DNA of 64,000 nucleotides, taken from Candidatus Multivorans sp. GTDB taxonomy: Bacteria; Acidobacteriota; Thermoanaerobaculia; Multivoradales; Multivoraceae. Below the pieces are notes generated by a model. That model was not told the DNA's origin. It saw nothing but the letters and a program-made list of their open reading frames with translations, and did no database searches. Positions within the stretch are counted from its first letter, which is position 1. Every line of letters begins with the position of its first letter. Location of the stretch: NCBI GenBank assembly GCA_965224025.1, contig OZ245033.1:2304001-2368000 (forward strand), given 5' to 3'. The position numbers and the translations under genes are program-made. This document shows positions 21,981-32,667 of this stretch, in pieces.

Positions 21981-23090
21981 TCAGGTCACGCGTGCCTCGG
22001 CCAGGTGTCTGGTGACGTGCTGTCCCACGAGGTTCGTCAACAGCGAGGGTACCGCGTTCCCAATCTGCCGAGCCATCGAGTTCAGGCTGCCGCAGAGGTG
22101 AAAATCCATCGGAAATGTCTGAAGACACGCGGCTTCCCTGACGCTGATCGCGCGATCCTGCTCGGGGTGTCCGAAGCGGCCGTTGGAGTAGCTGATGCAA
22201 CGCGTCGTGAGCCCGGAAGCGGGCCGGTCCCACGACATGCGACCGTAGACGTCGGTGGCGCCGGCAATCTTCTTGTGGCATTCAAGACGAAGGGCCTTCG
22301 GCCAATCCCGGTGCCCGCCGCCCTCGGGGGTCGCCCGGATGCGCTCCAGATTGAGCTCGAACAGCCGGGCGGCGCGGTGGTCAGAGATTGCCGGGTGGGT
22401 CTCGCCGGCCTCAATCCGGGGCAGGTCGCCTATCCAGTCGCGCACGGTGGCGAATTCGGGGTTGGCCTTGCCCGGCCCGTGCGTCTCGGGAGGGAGATCC
22501 ACGGGTCCGTGGCGACTGGCGAGGAGCAGGAATCTACGGCGACCCTGCGGCACTCCATACTGCTTCAGGGGCACTGAAGTGCACGTCGGCTTGGGATAGC
22601 CGGCCTCCTCCAATCCCTGAAGGAACTCGCTGAGCGGTTCAGATTCGGGGCACACATTCTGAATCCCCGGGACGTTCTCCACGAAGACGATGTCGGGCTC
22701 GCACCTTCGGATGAAGCGCAGGAGTTCGAGAAGCAACGGCACCCGTTCGTCCTCGTTGGGCTTGGGACGGCTGGTGTTCTGCTTGGTGAACGGCTGGCAG
22801 GGCGCGCATCCGCAGAATAGAATGCGATGCGGTCGGTGCTTGACCACCAGCTCGTGGGCGGAGTCTTCATCCACATGCCGAATGTCTCCGCGTTCGAAGA
22901 CGGCCGCCGGGAGATTCCGCCGGAAGGTTCGCTCGGCGTCGGTGTCACAATCGAGGCCGAACACGATGTCCATTCCGGCGTCCTGGAAGCCGCGGCTGGC
23001 CCCGCCGCAACCGGAGAAGAAGTCGAACACCTTCACTCGCGGGCAGGGCGCGGCTGCGCCGTTCGTGTTGGGATCGCCGAGGGGATTCAT
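21981..23090 (-). CDS. dcm: DNA (cytosine-5)-methyltransferase
   Basis: DFFSGCGG (I), APCQPF (IV), ENVPG (VI), YGVPQGRRR (VIII), RQIGNAVP (X); TGA overlaps the ATG of the ATPase/kinase gene (TGATG). Start uncertain. Confidence 0.95.
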   Translation of the reverse strand: MNPLGDPNTNGAAAPCPRVKVFDFFSGCGGASRGFQDAGMDIVFGLDCDTDAERTFRRNLPAAVFERGDIRHVDEDSAHELVVKHRPHRILFCGCAPCQPFTKQNTSRPKPNEDERVPLLLELLRFIRRCEPDIVFVENVPGIQNVCPESEPLSEFLQGLEEAGYPKPTCTSVPLKQYGVPQGRRRFLLLASRHGPVDLPPETHGPGKANPEFATVRDWIGDLPRIEAGETHPAISDHRAARLFELNLERIRATPEGGGHRDWPKALRLECHKKIAGATDVYGRMSWDRPASGLTTRCISYSNGRFGHPEQDRAISVREAACLQTFPMDFHLCGSLNSMARQIGNAVPSLLTNLVGQHVTRHLAEARVT

Positions 23091-23351
23091 GGACGACGCG
23101 GCTGCCGCGACAGAGGTTCCAAGGCGGCGGAAGCCTAACAAACCGCGGCAGAAGCCGTCTTCAGGCGAAAGGCCCCTCGTGAGGTTGTGAGGTCGTTCCG
23201 GTGGGACCTCGCACCATCTGTAAGACGTTCTGCATCTTCATCGCCAGGCTGATGTCGCCGGCGATTCTCGGGCGGCCGCTCATGCCGCCTGTCCGGTTTC
23301 AGGACGGCCTCACACGATCCCCCCCAACGGTCATCGCAGGAGTGGAAACGG

Positions 23352-24608
23352 CTAACCCGCCACCACCTTCGCGTCATGCCCGCACCAAACCAATCCCGAC
23401 ACGAGCTTCGGCAGGAACCGGGTCGACTTCGGCGGCAGCAGGTCTCCGTCCTCGGTGGCGAGCACGAACTGTGTCGGTGTCATCGGGGGCAGGAAGACGC
23501 CGACGGTGGCCTCGGAGTTCTCCAGCAGGGCGACGATGTCATGCGGGTCGGCCTCGTAGGCGATGCTGCCGTCGGTGGCGGATACGATCGGCACGCCGGC
23601 GGTCGTCAGCAGGTGGTGGTGGAGCAGGGAGGCCGGCAGGTCGGCCTTGCGGCCCGGCATGTCGTCCGGGGCGGCCGCGGGGTCGAGGGTCCAGAGTTCG
23701 GGCGATGCGTCACCTTGGAACCAGACGGCGAGAGCCGGCTGCGGCGCGGCGGCGACGCGGGCCGCGATCTCGGCGCCGCCGGTTGCTTCCAGGGGTTCGC
23801 GGTGCGCCGGCAGCGCGGACATCGCGTCGCGGTTCAGCGGCACGCGGATGCCCCGGTGGACGGGGTCGATCCGGAGGTTCGCGGAGGCGAGGCTGGTGAG
23901 GACGACCATCTTGCAGGCCGCCGCGGTGCCGCTCTTTGCGCCCTCCTCGGCGGCGTAGGTCTGGGCCACCTGGGTGCGGTGGTGGCCGTCGGCGATCGCG
24001 GCGCGGGCGCCTTCGAGCGCCGCGCCGTAGGCGGCGATGCGCTCGGGGTCGGTGATCCGGAAGAGCGTGTGGACATCGCCGGTCCAGGGGTCCGCGTGGC
24101 TGACCAGGGCGGCGCCGGCGCCTCCGTTGCAGTCTTCGATCAGCAGGCGTTCGAAGGCGCCGTCGTCTTCGGCGAGGTAGAACACCGGCTCGATGTCGAT
24201 CTGCGTGAGCCGCAGCAGGGCCAGACGCTCGGCGATCGACTTCGCCACCGTTTGCTCGTGCGGCCAGAGGTCGCCTTCGCGTCCCGGCTCGACGCCGACG
24301 AGGGCGCACAGGCCGAGGCGGCTTGCACCGTCGGGTTGGGTGATCGCGTACGGGTAGAGTGAGGGAGTCTCGTCGCGCTCGACGACTCCGTTCTCCAGCC
24401 ACTCCCGGTGGAGCGCGGCCGAGTGCTCGTGCGGCGTCTCGCCGTCACGCGCCACGGGCTTCGTCACCCGGGAGAACTGGTGCGGCGACTGGGCGTGCAG
24501 GCGGTCGCGCAGGGCCTCGTCGATCTGATCGAACGGCGGCGCAGCCTGAGGTGCGGCATCGAGCCTGGCGGAGTTGTAGCGGTAGCCCTGAAAGGCGTAG
24601 AGCTTCAT
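23352..24608 (-). CDS. DUF1015 family protein
   Basis: APPFDQI, PHEQT, IADGHHR and PPKSTRFLPKLVSGL motifs; start MKLYAF at 24608. Confidence 0.88.
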   Translation of the reverse strand: MKLYAFQGYRYNSARLDAAPQAAPPFDQIDEALRDRLHAQSPHQFSRVTKPVARDGETPHEHSAALHREWLENGVVERDETPSLYPYAITQPDGASRLGLCALVGVEPGREGDLWPHEQTVAKSIAERLALLRLTQIDIEPVFYLAEDDGAFERLLIEDCNGGAGAALVSHADPWTGDVHTLFRITDPERIAAYGAALEGARAAIADGHHRTQVAQTYAAEEGAKSGTAAACKMVVLTSLASANLRIDPVHRGIRVPLNRDAMSALPAHREPLEATGGAEIAARVAAAPQPALAVWFQGDASPELWTLDPAAAPDDMPGRKADLPASLLHHHLLTTAGVPIVSATDGSIAYEADPHDIVALLENSEATVGVFLPPMTPTQFVLATEDGDLLPPKSTRFLPKLVSGLVWCGHDAKVVAG

Positions 24609-24658
24609 TGCGGTTCCTCGTCGGTGTTGGAGTCGGCCCCCCATTCTGGAGGATTACT

Positions 24659-24700
24659 GCGGGGTTACCGCGGGGTTGCAGCGGGGTTGCGGCGGGGTTG
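24659..24700. repeat. Short 11-bp-period tandem repeat (gcggggtt core x4) between clpB and DUF1015
   Basis: gcggggttacc-gcggggttgca-gcggggttgcg-gcggggttg. Confidence 0.7.
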
Positions 24701-24716
24701 GAGTGGAAACGGCGGT

Positions 24717-27380
<2,664 letters not shown>

Positions 27381-27416
27381 ATCGTTCAATACTCCTGTTT
27401 CTCCAAGGGGGCGTGC

Positions 27417-28424
27417 TCAGCGCTCTCCGTCGCCGGTCCCGGAGGTGTCGCCGGAGGTCTCGAAGTGGGAGGTCTCACGGAGCCGTTCGAACAACGCCTT
27501 CTCCTCCGCGGTGAGCCGCTTGGGGACGACGACCTGAACTTCGGCCAGCAGATCGCCGTCCGGGCCCTTGGGATCGGGCAGCCCGCGGCCGCGCAGGCGC
27601 ATCTTCCGGCCGGTCGACGAGCCCGGCGGAAGCTGTGCCTCCGCGTGCCCGCCGAGGGTCGGAATCCGCACCTTGCCGCCCAGCGCGGCGGTCCACGGCG
27701 CCACCGGCACGTCGCAGAGAAGGTCGCGCCCGCGGCGGCGAAAGACGGGGTGAGGCAGAGCTTCGACCTTGAGAAGCAGATCGCCGTCGGGCGCGCCCAT
27801 GCCCTTGCCGCCCTGGCCGCTGAGCCGGATCGACTGGCCGGGAAGAACGCCCTTCGGAATCTGCACCTGGAGGTTCCGCGTACGGCTGGTTGAACGGTCG
27901 AGAAACTCGATCGTCCGTGAACCGCCCTCGGCCAGGTTCTCGAGGCTGAGCGGCAACGCGACCTCGTGGTTCCGGCCGCGGCGGGGCCGGGTCCAGCTCC
28001 CGGGCCGACCGCCGCCGGGGAAGCCCCGCGGGCCGGCGCCTCCGAACAGCATGTCGAAGAAGGAACTGAAGCCGGAGGCGCCGCCGACGCCGCGGGCGCT
28101 GCCGAAGTCGAAACGCTCGTCGCCGCCGAAGTTGCCTCCGTCGCCTCCGAAGTTGAAACGGAAGCCTTCCCAGCCGGGCGGCGGAGCGCCCCCGGTCTGC
28201 ACCCGTTGCCAGGCGGCGCCGTACTGGTCGTACTTGCTCCGCTTGTCCTGGTCCTTGAGCACCTCGTAGGCCTCGCCGATGTCCTTGAAGCGGGCCTCGG
28301 CGCCGGCGTCCTTGTTCACGTCCGGGTGGAACTGGCGAGCGAGCTTGCGGTAGGCCCGCTGGATCTCCGCCGCGGGGGCGTCCTTCGCTACCCCCAGCGT
28401 CTTGTAGTAGTCCTTGTATTCCAC
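27417..28424 (-). CDS. cbpA: DnaJ class B chaperone (CbpA-like, no zinc finger)
   Basis: J-domain with HPD, G/F-rich linker, DnaJ_C domain; GTG start. Confidence 0.88.
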   Translation of the reverse strand: MEYKDYYKTLGVAKDAPAAEIQRAYRKLARQFHPDVNKDAGAEARFKDIGEAYEVLKDQDKRSKYDQYGAAWQRVQTGGAPPPGWEGFRFNFGGDGGNFGGDERFDFGSARGVGGASGFSSFFDMLFGGAGPRGFPGGGRPGSWTRPRRGRNHEVALPLSLENLAEGGSRTIEFLDRSTSRTRNLQVQIPKGVLPGQSIRLSGQGGKGMGAPDGDLLLKVEALPHPVFRRRGRDLLCDVPVAPWTAALGGKVRIPTLGGHAEAQLPPGSSTGRKMRLRGRGLPDPKGPDGDLLAEVQVVVPKRLTAEEKALFERLRETSHFETSGDTSGTGDGER

Positions 28425-28488
28425 CGGTTCTCCCCGTCCTCAGGGACTTGCGTGGGTCTGAGCACCAACGACCCAAGTTGGACACATA

Positions 28489-28509
28489 GTTTAGTCCATC
28501 ACACTCAAC
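28489..28509. promoter_or_regulatory. HAIR-like (HspR) operator upstream of the dnaJ-clpB operon
   Basis: Minus strand GTTGAGT-N7-ACTAAAC versus the HAIR consensus CTTGAGT-N7-ACTCAAG; 65 bp upstream of the dnaJ start. Confidence 0.6.
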
Positions 28510-28518
28510 CTTGGGAAG

Positions 28519-28583
28519 CCGGGTGGCGCGATCCGCGCCACCGGTGAACGAGTCCATGCGCCCGTCATCGGGCACATGGATGG
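28519..28583. repeat. Double-hairpin dispersed repeat, family B
   Basis: ggtggcgcg-atc-cgcgccacc ... tccatgcgcccg-tcat-cgggcacatgga. Confidence 0.85.
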
Positions 28584-28679
28584 CGCCCTCAGCGGGGGGT
28601 TCCGGCTGGTGGACTGCAGATTCACGAAGGGCGCGACTCGCGTCGCGCCCTGGATTTCGCTCAAGCTGTCGCTAGCCCG

Positions 28680-28937
28680 TCACGGCGGGTCGAAGCCGAA
28701 CATCGTGTAGTTCAGCGCGATGTACTTGTCCTGACCCTCGGGCACCTCCTCGAGGGGCAGGATCGCCTGCACCGGACAGGCGTCGACGCACAGGCCGCAG
28801 TCGATGCACTCCTCCGGGTGGATGTAGAGCATGTCCCAGTCTTCCTCGTCCTTGCCGTAGATGCAGTCGACAGGGCAGACATCGACGCACGACGTGTCCT
28901 TTACGCCGATGCAGGGTTCGAAGATGATGTGGGTCAT
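28680..28937 (-). CDS. 7Fe/8Fe-type ferredoxin
   Basis: MTHIIFEPCIGVKDTSCVDVCPVDCI...CIDCGLCVDACPV. Confidence 0.95.
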   Translation of the reverse strand: MTHIIFEPCIGVKDTSCVDVCPVDCIYGKDEEDWDMLYIHPEECIDCGLCVDACPVQAILPLEEVPEGQDKYIALNYTMFGFDPP

Positions 28938-28975
28938 CGGACTCTTCCTCGGGCCGGCCAGTGAGTGCCGGACTC

Positions 28976-30223
28976 TCAAGTTTCCGGCGGATTCGGCGTG
29001 CGCGAGACAGTACCAGAGTCGCCGTCAGGCGAGAACCCGGCTGGCGCCGCCCGCGCCAGCCGTGAACCAGTGTGTGCGCCGGTCATCGGGCGCACGGATG
29101 GACCCCGGGTGGCGGTGGTGAAGCGGCTCGGCCGCATCGCGACGGGGACCGGGACGACGGGGTTCTCGGGCCGGCCGAGGACCAGCGGCGCGACCATCCT
29201 GGCGGTGAGCGGGGCCAGCAGGATGCCGTTGCGGAAGTGTCCGGCGGCGATGTGCAGACGGTCGCTCAACCGGCCGACCAGGGGCCACCCGTCGGGCGTT
29301 CCCGGACGAAGCCCGGCCCAGTGCTCGACCGGTTCGCGGCCGCGTAGCGCCGGCAGCAGGTCGGCGGCCTCACGGGCCAGTCCGCTGCCGACATCGTCGG
29401 TCAGGCTGAGGTCGAAGCCCGTGTGCTCGACCGAAGCTCCGATCAGGAGGCGGTTGCCGGCACGGCGGACGGCATAGAAGGACGGGGTTCGGATGGCGCC
29501 GGTGAAGGGCCAGTCGATCCGGTCGAAGGCGATCATCTGGCCCTTGACGGGACGAATGGGCAGGGTCGGAAGACCGCGGATCGCCGGTGTCCAGGCGCCG
29601 CCGCAGATCACGACGGCGCCCGCGGCGCAGGCGAAACCGGCGCCCGCGACAGAGACGCCGCCGGGTTTCTCCGTCACGCTCTCGACCGTGGCCCGGTGGA
29701 GGGTGACGCCCTGCCGCCTCAGGGCTGCCGCGGCCGCGGCGGCGGCAAGCCGGTTGTCGACGCGGTGTTCGCCCGGCAGCAGCAGCGCCGCCTCGATCCC
29801 GGGACGCAGGTCCGGCGCCAACTGGAGCAGTTCGGCACGGTCGAGCTCCGCGGTGGGTTCGCCGAGATCGGTGGCCCGTGCCCGGATCCCGCCCAGCGCC
29901 TTGCGGCCTGTTTCGTCGAGGACCGGCAGGATGGCGCCCGTGTTGTCGTAGTCGATCGAGGTCCCGCTCTCGTGTTCGAGGGCCGGCGCCAGCTCGGTCC
30001 AGAGATCGCGCGACGCAAGTGCCATCTTCGCGAAGGCCACGTCGGCGCTGCTCTCCGCGATCGGCGCGATCATTCCGGCCGCGGTGGGCGAGGCGGCGCC
30101 CGCGCGGCGGTCGTCGGCGACCTCGACCCGGGCGCCGGCGCGGACCAGCTCGCGCGCGATCAGCAGGCCGATCAGGCCGCCGCCAACGACCAGGACGTCG
30201 GGCCGCGGCCCACTGGCAGGCAT
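28976..30223 (-). CDS. thiO: Glycine oxidase
   Basis: VGGGLIG FAD motif, AAGMIAP, PVKGQM, WAGLRPGTPD, GHFRNGILLAP. Confidence 0.88.
   Translation of the reverse strand: MPASGPRPDVLVVGGGLIGLLIARELVRAGARVEVADDRRAGAASPTAAGMIAPIAESSADVAFAKMALASRDLWTELAPALEHESGTSIDYDNTGAILPVLDETGRKALGGIRARATDLGEPTAELDRAELLQLAPDLRPGIEAALLLPGEHRVDNRLAAAAAAAALRRQGVTLHRATVESVTEKPGGVSVAGAGFACAAGAVVICGGAWTPAIRGLPTLPIRPVKGQMIAFDRIDWPFTGAIRTPSFYAVRRAGNRLLIGASVEHTGFDLSLTDDVGSGLAREAADLLPALRGREPVEHWAGLRPGTPDGWPLVGRLSDRLHIAAGHFRNGILLAPLTARMVAPLVLGRPENPVVPVPVAMRPSRFTTATRGPSVRPMTGAHTGSRLARAAPAGFSPDGDSGTVSRTPNPPET
29036..29101. repeat. Double-hairpin dispersed repeat, family B (within the thiO 3' end)
   Basis: ggctggcgc-cgccc-gcgccagcc gtgaaccag tgtgtgcgccgg-tcat-cgggcgcacgga. 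Confidence 0.8.
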
Positions 30224-32643
30224 CAGTTGTCCGCCAGGGCGTCGGCCTGCAGGCGCGCCCGCGGCGCGACTCTCGGCCCGGCGTCGGACACGAGACGCCC
30301 GCGCTCCGCGACGGCAAGGGTCTCGAAGACGGCCCGGGCGCGTGCCCGGTACTCGTCCCTGCCCTCGTCGCCAAGCATCTGCAGCGCGAGGCCGACCGTG
30401 TACTCCACCGTCTCGCGGCCCAGTCCGCTACGGCCGGGAGCGTCGATCGTGCGCAGGCTGCGGATGGCGTCCGCGGCGTCGCCGCCCGCGAGGAGCAGAG
30501 TGGCGAGATTGAACTCGAGCAGCCAGCGGGGGATGTCGCCTATTCGCTCCAGTTCCTGGAGCAGCCGGGCGGCCGCGGCGGACGGCAGCAGGTCGGGGTC
30601 GAAGACATCGAGCCCCGTCAACCCCCACTCCGGCTCGGCGGTCAGGACGATGACGGTGTCCCGATCCTGGATCTCGAGTTCAACCACGCCGCCGGGTTCC
30701 AGGTTTTCGAGAGCCGCGGTCAACTGAAGGGTCGAGAAAGCGGCCGTGCCGTCGATGGCGATGACTTCCATCCCGGGCCGGAGCCCCGCCTCGTCCGCGG
30801 GGCCGTCGGGTTCGACCGTGGCCACGATGGGCACGCCCGCGTTCAGTGAGTCGATCAGAACGGCGCCGAAGCGCGGCGTCTGGCGGCCGAGGTCTGGATC
30901 GAGGGCGCCGGCGAGACGGAGCAGCGGTCCGTCCTCCAGGCGTCCGCCATCAATCCGCACGGTCCGCACGTCGGGCCGCGCCGGGCCGGGGGCGGCCGGC
31001 CACCACCACAGGTCGACCGCATCGGCGATCAGGTCGTCGTTCAGGACGGCGGCGAAGTAGAGCGCCGCCGGCAGCCTGGCCTGGACCTGCTCCTGGACCC
31101 TGTTCCAGTCCAGTTCCCGGCGAGCGGTTTCCCGGTCGCGCAGAGTCTCCGCATCGATTCCCAGCTCTGCTAGTGCCGCGACACCTTCGGTGGCGCGTCC
31201 GAGGACGCTGTAGGCGCCGGCGCCGCGGAACGACTCGAGCGCCGATTCCATGGCCCGAACGCCGGCCGGATCGTCGCCCAGCACGCCGAGGTAGACGAGC
31301 GCGGGGCGGAGTTCGACCTCGATGGCGACGCGGCGCCGGTCTTCGGCGACCACGGATGTCTCGAAGTAGCCCAGGGCGCCGTGGGTCACCGAGAGGTCGT
31401 AAGCGCCGGGAGGCAGGCGCACCTGAGGCGGCGACTTCGACCAGTCGGGGCGCAGGATCCGGCCGTTGCCGACGACGGTCGCGCCTTCGGCCAGGCCGGT
31501 CAGACTGATGACCGCTTCCTCGCGATCGAGAACGATCGGCGGCAGGTCGTAGTCGCGCAGGTCAGGCAGTTGCAGACTGGTCTCGACGCTCCGGAAGCCG
31601 GCCTTCTCGACTTCGATCCGGTAGCGGCCGGGAGACAGGTCCTCGATCCAGAGTTCCTCCGAGAAGTCCTCGGGCGGATGCTCCGAGGCCGGGCCCTCCG
31701 GCCGGAACCAGGGTTCCGCCTGGCCGGCCGTTCGGCCGCGCTCGATGCCGTCGACCAGCACGGTGGCGCCGGTCGGCGCGGTGCGCAAACGGACGACCGC
31801 GCTGTCGCGCTCCAGCTCGACCTCGACTTCGAGGTCTAGCGCGCCCACGATCGTGAAGGCGGCGGTGGTGGGCAGGAAGCCCGGGCGGGACACGGCGGCC
31901 AAGTAGTCGCCGACCAGCAGGGGACTGGGCTCGGGAGGCTCGAACGGTTCGGGCGCTGGCTCTGCCTCGGCATCCGGGTCGGAGGCCGTGGAGTCGCCGT
32001 CGGCGCCGTCGGCGCCGTCGGCTTCTTCACCGGTTTCGTCCTCCACTTCCTCGCCGTCCTCCTCCTCGCCGGGCGGGGTCTCCGGCGGCGTCGCGTTCTC
32101 GAACTCCACGCCACCCACCAGAATGCGGGCGTCTCGCGGCAGGACCAGGAAGGAGACGCGGCCCACCAGTCTTTCCTTCCGACCCTTCAGACGGTCGGTC
32201 AACTGCTTGCCGGCGGTCTCCTCGTCCAGCTCGAAGAGGGGATCGAGGCGGACGATCCGGTCGAGCGCGTCGTCGGCGGCCTCCCGGTCGCTGAGCGTCC
32301 AATGGGCGGCGGCCAGGTAGAGCCAGGCGGTGCGCAGGGTCTCGAACAGGCGTGGGTCGTTGCCGGCGAGTTCTCGTCCGTCGCCCGTTGCCTCGGCGAG
32401 CGGCGCCAGAGTCTCGACTACGCTTTGCAGGATGGGAATCGCTCCTTCGGAGTCGCCTTCCGCGTAGAGGTCGCCGGCCTCGGCCAACGCGGCCGTCGCC
32501 TGCGGCGGCAGCCGGCTCGAGTGCTCGGTATCGAGATCGCTGCGGCCGATCTCCTGGACGCCGAAGCGCTGCGCGGCGAGGGGGCCGGAGAGGGCGAGGA
32601 GCGCCGGCAGGATGGCCGCCGCGGCGGTGAGCTTGTGGCGCAT
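30223..32643 (-). CDS. Exported TPR/PEGA/PDZ domain protein
   Basis: Signal peptide after MRHKL; TPR-like helices; PEGA repeats (TAPTGATVLVDG, LSPGRYRIEVEKAGF); PDZ (VEPDGPADEAGLRPGMEVIAIDG). Confidence 0.8.
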   Translation of the reverse strand: MRHKLTAAAAILPALLALSGPLAAQRFGVQEIGRSDLDTEHSSRLPPQATAALAEAGDLYAEGDSEGAIPILQSVVETLAPLAEATGDGRELAGNDPRLFETLRTAWLYLAAAHWTLSDREAADDALDRIVRLDPLFELDEETAGKQLTDRLKGRKERLVGRVSFLVLPRDARILVGGVEFENATPPETPPGEEEDGEEVEDETGEEADGADGADGDSTASDPDAEAEPAPEPFEPPEPSPLLVGDYLAAVSRPGFLPTTAAFTIVGALDLEVEVELERDSAVVRLRTAPTGATVLVDGIERGRTAGQAEPWFRPEGPASEHPPEDFSEELWIEDLSPGRYRIEVEKAGFRSVETSLQLPDLRDYDLPPIVLDREEAVISLTGLAEGATVVGNGRILRPDWSKSPPQVRLPPGAYDLSVTHGALGYFETSVVAEDRRRVAIEVELRPALVYLGVLGDDPAGVRAMESALESFRGAGAYSVLGRATEGVAALAELGIDAETLRDRETARRELDWNRVQEQVQARLPAALYFAAVLNDDLIADAVDLWWWPAAPGPARPDVRTVRIDGGRLEDGPLLRLAGALDPDLGRQTPRFGAVLIDSLNAGVPIVATVEPDGPADEAGLRPGMEVIAIDGTAAFSTLQLTAALENLEPGGVVELEIQDRDTVIVLTAEPEWGLTGLDVFDPDLLPSAAAARLLQELERIGDIPRWLLEFNLATLLLAGGDAADAIRSLRTIDAPGRSGLGRETVEYTVGLALQMLGDEGRDEYRARARAVFETLAVAERGRLVSDAGPRVAPRARLQADALADN

Positions 32644-32667
32644 CGCGCTATTGCTACTCCACATGAG

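Larger units (their letters stand above)
17494..21981 (-). pseudogene. MORC-like GHKL ATPase fused to histidine kinase (about 993 aa when reconstructed), interrupted by ISL3
   Basis: N-part 20722-21981: ELFKNAHDADA, DDGFGM, GEKGIGRLA. C-part 17494-19215: coiled coil, H-box IISHEF, N-box NLVDNA, DTGPG, GRGMGL. Removing the IS plus one TSD restores the frame KSASYYYFSYRQMFGVVEV. Confidence 0.9.

Noticed and set aside
20656-22281. 541-aa and 569-aa (17494..19203) ORFs as two independent genes
   Set aside because: They are halves of one gene split by ISL3; TSD removal restores a single frame.
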